DNA of 57,914 nt from contig CALFOY010000340.1 in NCBI GenBank assembly GCA_937919265.1, positions 1-57,914 of the forward strand, written 5' to 3'. This document shows, one piece after another, positions 52,695 through 57,914 of the stretch; position 1 is the first letter of the stretch, and each line of letters starts with the position of its first letter. The DNA is from an uncultured Capnocytophaga sp. Lineage in GTDB: Bacteria > Bacteroidota > Bacteroidia > Flavobacteriales > Flavobacteriaceae. The position numbers and the translations under genes are program-made. The notes beneath the pieces are model-generated. The model was not told the origin of the DNA and did not search any database. It saw only the letters and a list, made by a program, of their open reading frames with translations.

Positions 52695-53333
52695 CTAAAC
52701 AATTAAATTCAGTTCCGCTGGTGGTGGAGGTAGTGTCATAGCCTCTCCCGTTCCTTGAGATTTGCTTCCCATCTCGATAGAAGAACTAACCCATTTGAAA
52801 AATGTAGTGAGCATATTGGCATCTGTGGTGTCGAGCTTAACTACATCGTGAGTAAGTTCTTGTAAATAAGTAACTTCAGCCTTTGGTCCAGCCGCACAAC
52901 CTACAATAACACCAAAGTCTAAGGCTTTTACTTTTGGTATAAATTCTCTATATTTTTGAATATCTGAGGGTTTTCCATCGGTAAAGATAAATAATAGGGG
53001 TTTCCAGTCTCCTTTTTGGTCAGCAGAACCACGAATAAGTTCTTTATTAACTAAATTGCATACCATTTCAAGGGCTTCTCCGGTGTGAGTAGGACCACTT
53101 TCTGGGCATTTTATTTCAACAGGTTGGAAAGAAGCCAAATCAATAAGCGGAATAAGGTTTTTCACTTCTCTATCAAAGGTAATAACGCTGATAAAAAGAG
53201 AGTCCATCGCTTGCGGATCAGTTCTAAGCATACTAATAAGCCCATAAAAACCATTATTAAGGGCTTGTATAGGCTCACCATTCATAGAACCTGATGTATC
53301 TAAAAGGAAATACGCTAAGAGTCGTCTATTCAT
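52695..53333 (-). CDS. terY: TerY-like vWA protein
   Basis: DTSGSM MIDAS, GDWKP...TDG, and LPPPP tail. Confidence 0.9.
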   Translation of the reverse strand: MNRRLLAYFLLDTSGSMNGEPIQALNNGFYGLISMLRTDPQAMDSLFISVITFDREVKNLIPLIDLASFQPVEIKCPESGPTHTGEALEMVCNLVNKELIRGSADQKGDWKPLLFIFTDGKPSDIQKYREFIPKVKALDFGVIVGCAAGPKAEVTYLQELTHDVVKLDTTDANMLTTFFKWVSSSIEMGSKSQGTGEAMTLPPPPAELNLIV

Positions 53334-53337
53334 AGTG

Positions 53338-53976
53338 CTAAGAAACTATTATTAATTCACTTGGAGGCGGAGGTAATTGGTCTTTCTTTGTCAAATCAAT
53401 ACCAGATTCTTCTACTTTTGTAGAAGTAGTGGATATTGACGCAGTAACCCATTGGAAGAATTTGGCTATGCTATCAGCATCAGCATTGTCCAAACGAACA
53501 ACAGAATCCGCAATTTGCTGTAAGATACGGTCATCAGCCCCTTGTCCGGCTGCACAACCTACAATAATTCCTTTGTTAGATTGTTTTAAAGAGTTGAAGC
53601 CAGCTTGCCAATCATCAGTAGGAATGCCATCTGTCATAATGAAAACCATTGGTTTCCAGTCTCCTTTCTGTTCAAGAGTTGTTTTTGTAACTTCTGTATT
53701 AAGTTTATCAGCAAGAAGTCTAAGAGCATCCCCCATTGCAGTAGTTCCAGATGCTTTTATATCCACCATTTGGAATGAAGCTAAGTCTGTTAAAGGGATA
53801 ATTTGTTTTGCAACACTATCAAAAGTAATGATACTAACATAAGCAGTTTCAATAGCTTGTGGATTTTGTCTAAGAGAATGTAGCATCATTTGTACGCCAT
53901 TCTTAACCGCTTCAATAGGTTCTCCAGCCATAGACCCAGAAGTGTCCAATAATAAGTATACAGGTAGTCTTCTCAT
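53338..53976 (-). CDS. terY: TerY-like vWA protein
   Basis: MRRLPVYLLLDTSGSM, GDWKP...TDGIPTD, and LPPPP tail. Confidence 0.92.
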   Translation of the reverse strand: MRRLPVYLLLDTSGSMAGEPIEAVKNGVQMMLHSLRQNPQAIETAYVSIITFDSVAKQIIPLTDLASFQMVDIKASGTTAMGDALRLLADKLNTEVTKTTLEQKGDWKPMVFIMTDGIPTDDWQAGFNSLKQSNKGIIVGCAAGQGADDRILQQIADSVVRLDNADADSIAKFFQWVTASISTTSTKVEESGIDLTKKDQLPPPPSELIIVS

Positions 53977-54081
53977 ATTATGAATGATATTATATTTATA
54001 TTGAAAAATAAAAAAAGAATGTTCATTCGTCTTTACCTAATAAATAAAAGATAAAGAAGAATGAACATAGTTTTGTATAAA

Positions 54082-54507
54082 CTAAGAAATATTATAAGTA
54101 GGAGGGTTATTTCTCAAATTTGCTCCATATTCAGAGGAAGAATTTAGCCCTTGTCCATAGCCTGAATTGCCATAATTAGGGTCATTTTGGTTGATATAAC
54201 TTATTACTTCATAAGTAACATCTTTTCCTCCGGTAAGAATATTGAATATACTCCCAATAGTATAAATAGGTCCCCACGGCAAGCCCCACCAACCTAAAAT
54301 AAGTGAAACAAATAACAATCCTAAACCAGGAGTTATAGCAGAATTACCTGGCTTAATAAAATGAATGTTGCTTGAACGTTTAAAAGTCATTATAACTATG
54401 GAAATGCAATAAGTATAGATAACAAATTTACCTCCCTTATTTACTAAATCACGAATTTGATTTTCTGATAAACCTTCAATATTTTTAATTATTATTTCTT
54501 GACTCAT
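54082..54507 (-). CDS. Small membrane protein of unknown function
   Basis: YCISIVIMTFKR and LILGWWGLPWGPIYTI hydrophobic segments. Confidence 0.75.
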   Translation of the reverse strand: MSQEIIIKNIEGLSENQIRDLVNKGGKFVIYTYCISIVIMTFKRSSNIHFIKPGNSAITPGLGLLFVSLILGWWGLPWGPIYTIGSIFNILTGGKDVTYEVISYINQNDPNYGNSGYGQGLNSSSEYGANLRNNPPTYNIS

Positions 54508-54511
54508 TATA

Positions 54512-55171
54512 CTATAAATAATTTTCTACTATACGGTGAATAGTTTGTCCAAGGAAAGAATCGTCAACAGGGTCTCCAATAGCATCAAATTTCCATTCAC
54601 CATTTTTCTTATATAACTTAGCTAATATCAAGGCTCTTTTACCTGCAAAAGCAGCTTCTGCAGAAACATTATAAGAAGCAAAAACAGAATTTACGCGCTG
54701 AGGAGTACCTTCAAACATACGAATTTTAGCATAAGGAATTTGTGAAAAGTCTTCTTTACCAACGTTATTAAGGAAGAAGAATATTTTAGAAATTTTAGGA
54801 TCTACTCTGTTTAAATCTACAGTAATGATTTCATTATCAAGCCCATCATCTCCGTCTTTATCTCCTTGTAAGTCATCTCCTGTGTGTCGCATAGCGCCAT
54901 CGTTAGTAGTTAGTTTTCCTTTTGGTAGGCCAAATTGTTGCAAAACTTGAATGTTGTAAAGAGGAGAGTATATATGGTCACACAAATTATTATTGTCATC
55001 AATAAGAACACAGCTAAGGTCTAAATCGACGTCTTGTTTATTTTTCATAAGACCAAAAAAAGCTTTGGTTTCTATAGCTCCCCAATTAACACCGATACAA
55101 AAATTTTGTAATTTTTCACCAGATTCTTTGCGTAGGTCAATTTTTTGACCTTTTTGTAAATTAATTGCCAT
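54512..55171 (-). CDS. TerD/TerZ family stress protein
   Basis: MAINLQKGQ, DLDLS, HTGDDLQGD..GDD..DNE and WKFDAIG motifs. Confidence 0.92.
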   Translation of the reverse strand: MAINLQKGQKIDLRKESGEKLQNFCIGVNWGAIETKAFFGLMKNKQDVDLDLSCVLIDDNNNLCDHIYSPLYNIQVLQQFGLPKGKLTTNDGAMRHTGDDLQGDKDGDDGLDNEIITVDLNRVDPKISKIFFFLNNVGKEDFSQIPYAKIRMFEGTPQRVNSVFASYNVSAEAAFAGKRALILAKLYKKNGEWKFDAIGDPVDDSFLGQTIHRIVENYL

Positions 55172-55200
55172 TTTTTTAAATTTAAATGATTAATATTCTA

Positions 55201-55755
55201 TTAGTTATATTTGTTTAGGTAATCTTCAAGACCTCCTTTCATACCTACACCTACGGCTTCAAATTTCCATTCACCATTACGTTTGTAGATACGTCCAAAT
55301 TCTACTGCAGTTTCGATAGAGAAATCTTCTTCTAACTCATATTTAAGTAATTCTTGATTAGTATTAGAATCAAAAATACGAATGAAAGAATTACGAACTT
55401 GTCCAAAGTTTTGCCCACGTTGAGCAGCCTCGTGTATAGTAACAACGATACAAATTTCTGCTACATCATTTTCTATTTTAGATAAATCAACAAGGATTTG
55501 CTCATCATCACCATCACCATCACCTGTGCGGTTATCACCTGTATGAATAACAGCATCATTAGGAGATTTCAAATTGTTATAAAAAACAAAGTGATTATCA
55601 GATACTAATTTTTTATTCTCTCCAAGAATAAATACAGAAGCATCAAGGTCAAAAGCACTTCCTGTAGAAGAACTATTGATATCCCAACCTAAGCCGATTG
55701 TAAATTTTGGTGCATTGATACTTTCTCTTTGCCCTTTTTGTAAATTAATTGCCAT
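55201..55755 (-). CDS. terD: TerD family stress protein
   Basis: FDLDASVF, FVFYNN, HTGDNRTGDGDGDDE, QNFGQV and WKFEAVG motifs. Confidence 0.95.
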   Translation of the reverse strand: MAINLQKGQRESINAPKFTIGLGWDINSSSTGSAFDLDASVFILGENKKLVSDNHFVFYNNLKSPNDAVIHTGDNRTGDGDGDDEQILVDLSKIENDVAEICIVVTIHEAAQRGQNFGQVRNSFIRIFDSNTNQELLKYELEEDFSIETAVEFGRIYKRNGEWKFEAVGVGMKGGLEDYLNKYN

Positions 55756-55766
55756 AAATATAGTTT

Positions 55767-56723
55767 TTACTTTTTATTAATATTTAAATTTAACATAGAA
55801 TTCAGAATATTTTTTTCTTCATCAATGTTTAGTTTTTCATTAGTAATATCATTATTTTCAATAGTTTGCTTATATTTTTTTAGTAAATCACTAACATCAT
55901 CAGGAAAAGAATTTCGAACTTCATTTTCTTTTTCTTGTAATGTTATTATTTTTTTTTCTAATTCATTTAATAAAAAATTAGATTTACTTACGTTTTTCTC
56001 CCTATTGAGCTGGTGTTTGAATTCTTCTTTCAAAAGATAGAAACTATTAGTCTGTAAATTCCAAATAAATTCATCTTGAGAGCCTAAAATTCTGAATAGT
56101 TCAAAGATTTGATTATCAACATTATATCCGCAAACAAAACGAACTTTAAAATTTTTTACTGATAGTTTTGATAATAATAATCGTTCTACTTTGATATTTT
56201 CAAGTATATAAAATTTTGTGTCAGGAGTAACTAACAAATGTGTAATATCATCTTCTCCACGGAAAAAATCTTTTGCATATTGATTAGGGAAACTTCGTAT
56301 AGAATTGATTTGATATGTTTTATAAACTCCTGTCAATGTGTTATATACGGCATCTAATATTATAGAAATTTCATTGTTATGATATTTTCCGTTTAACTCA
56401 AAACTATTTTGCTCGTCTTTATTTATATTTCTTTCAATGAAAGATTTACTAGCATTGATTTCTGTTTCTATGTTTATAATTGTGTTTTCTTTCTGTTTTT
56501 TTATTTTTTTAAGTAAATCAGATAAACTATCAGTATATTGTAAATGAAATAATTCTAATTTATTAAGGTCTATATTTTCTTTATTCTTTTCAAAAAAAGA
56601 ATGAATAATTTCTGTCCTTACAACGATACTTAGAAGGTCTGGTTGTTTGAAAAAATTTTCAAATATTTTTAGTTTTTGTATCCTTCTTTTACTATCATTC
56701 AGTATTTTGACTTCTGTTTCCAA
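55767..56723 (-). CDS. Hypothetical helical/coiled-coil protein, possible XpaC-like TelA partner
   Basis: TTG start; LELFHLQYTDSL helix region; lies directly downstream of telA. Confidence 0.65.
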   Translation of the reverse strand: METEVKILNDSKRRIQKLKIFENFFKQPDLLSIVVRTEIIHSFFEKNKENIDLNKLELFHLQYTDSLSDLLKKIKKQKENTIINIETEINASKSFIERNINKDEQNSFELNGKYHNNEISIILDAVYNTLTGVYKTYQINSIRSFPNQYAKDFFRGEDDITHLLVTPDTKFYILENIKVERLLLSKLSVKNFKVRFVCGYNVDNQIFELFRILGSQDEFIWNLQTNSFYLLKEEFKHQLNREKNVSKSNFLLNELEKKIITLQEKENEVRNSFPDDVSDLLKKYKQTIENNDITNEKLNIDEEKNILNSMLNLNINKK

Positions 56724-56731
56724 GTGTTTTT

Positions 56732-57829
56732 TTATCTATTTTGTATTTGATTTTTAAGAGTTGTTTCCAAATTTTGTAATTCATTATCAAGCAAACGACG
56801 GTTTTGCTCACCTTCTTGCTGAATTTGTTTTACTTCATTCAGGGTATTAATAAGAGATGTTGTTGTATCTCTCAGAGTATCTATTGAAACGATAGTTTGT
56901 TCATTAGCACGAGCAACATTGATAGTATTTTGTTGCAAACGTTGAGCATTTTTTCTAAGAATTTCTTCTGTAGTTGAAGATACTCTTTGTTGAATTTCAA
57001 TATGTTGCTGTTGTCTATGTAGAGCAACTGCCAAAGTAAGCTGATTTTTCCAAATGGGTAATGTAGTGGTTAAAATAGTTTGTGCTTTTTCTGCTATTGA
57101 AACATTATTGTTTTGTATCAATCGGATTTGTGGTAATGATTGTAACATAATGAACCTTACTACCTTAAGGTCAGCCAGACGGCGGTCTAATCGGTTAGCA
57201 AAATCTCTTTTATCAGATATTTGATAATCTTGATAAGCATTAGGATTGGCTTCCATTAAGGCAAGATCTTGTTTTGTTTTTTCAAAGCGTAAGGTACCTG
57301 CAACAATATAATCTTCTATTTTTTTAATAGCCTCTACATTACTACCAAAAATAGTTTGTAAAACAGCATTATCTTTTGTAGAGTTGATAATACCTGCATT
57401 TACTTTATTAGAAATTTCAGTAATGTTGTTGATTATTTTGTCATATTTTGTAAAAATATTTTCAACTGAAGTAACAAAGTTTTTCAGAAGAGGTATTTTT
57501 TTTAAGAAATTTTTAAAAGAATTTCCTTCTAATTCATCAACATTTACATAATTAAGTTCTATTAATAATTTATTTATTAATTCACCTACTTCTCCAGAAT
57601 TGGAACGTCTCACATTGTTTAAAAAACTATCACTTTGTGAAGCAAGAGTATTTTGTAATTCTGCTCCAAAGTTTATAACCGAATTCGGGCTGTTTTCTTC
57701 AAGAGTTTTTGCAATGTTCTCATACTTAGATGTTTGAGAAGGGTTAATTTTAGCCAAATCTACATTTCCATTCTTATCAATTATTTGCCCATTAGCATCA
57801 AGTAGTTGTGTGTCTAAATGTTGTTCCAT
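56732..57829 (-). CDS. telA: Toxic anion resistance protein TelA/KlaA family
   Basis: NFGAELQ, RLDRRLADL, LPQIRLIQNNN and TTLPIWKNQ motifs; true start ATG 57829 (MEQHL). Confidence 0.9.
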   Translation of the reverse strand: MEQHLDTQLLDANGQIIDKNGNVDLAKINPSQTSKYENIAKTLEENSPNSVINFGAELQNTLASQSDSFLNNVRRSNSGEVGELINKLLIELNYVNVDELEGNSFKNFLKKIPLLKNFVTSVENIFTKYDKIINNITEISNKVNAGIINSTKDNAVLQTIFGSNVEAIKKIEDYIVAGTLRFEKTKQDLALMEANPNAYQDYQISDKRDFANRLDRRLADLKVVRFIMLQSLPQIRLIQNNNVSIAEKAQTILTTTLPIWKNQLTLAVALHRQQQHIEIQQRVSSTTEEILRKNAQRLQQNTINVARANEQTIVSIDTLRDTTTSLINTLNEVKQIQQEGEQNRRLLDNELQNLETTLKNQIQNR

Positions 57830-57866
57830 AGAATTTAAATATTTTTTATAAAAAAAGATAAATAAT

Positions 57867-57914
57867 CTGTCTCTTATACACATCTCCGAGCCCACGAGAC
57901 CGTACTAGATCTCG
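57867..57914 (+). other. Illumina Nextera adapter contamination (Tn5 mosaic end, read-2 adapter, i7 index, start of P7)
   Basis: CTGTCTCTTATACACATCT CCGAGCCCACGAGAC CGTACTAG ATCTCG. Confidence 0.99.

Noticed and set aside
6944..56040. Short opposite-strand or alternate-frame ORFs in the track (e.g. 24593, 41548, 46225, 49664, 53429)
   Set aside because: They overlap well-supported genes and have no recognisable motifs
57867..57885. Tn5/IS50 mosaic end as a real transposon boundary
   Set aside because: It is followed by the Illumina adapter and index, so it is a library artefact

Overview
This is a very AT-rich Flavobacteriaceae chromosomal segment. The Capnocytophaga-like assignment is inferred from sprA, the TAnnTTTG promoters and the K-D/E lipoprotein export motifs. 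Most of the window is housekeeping or envelope genes: accD, tatA, rpmH, gltA, ruvA-sprA, OmpA, a RDD/SpoIIM/MoxR/DUF58 cluster, mutS, yebC, typA, mnmD, upp, and a sigma54 activator-lptE-TPR-secG run. Two accessory modules stand out. (1) At 2444-9636 is a five-gene SusD-less locus: two exported nucleases, a TonB-dependent receptor and two surface lipoproteins, one with a recently duplicated OB-fold-like repeat. It looks like a nucleic-acid scavenging system, and a candidate ~175-nt sRNA converges on it. (2) At 51112-57829 is a telA-terD-terD-terY x3 stress/defence cluster with no PP2C or kinase partner in view. Its terY-C gene is flanked by two 540-670 bp hairpin-dense spacers that are candidate structured RNAs. 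The last 48 bp are Illumina Nextera adapter, so the contig end is an artefact.
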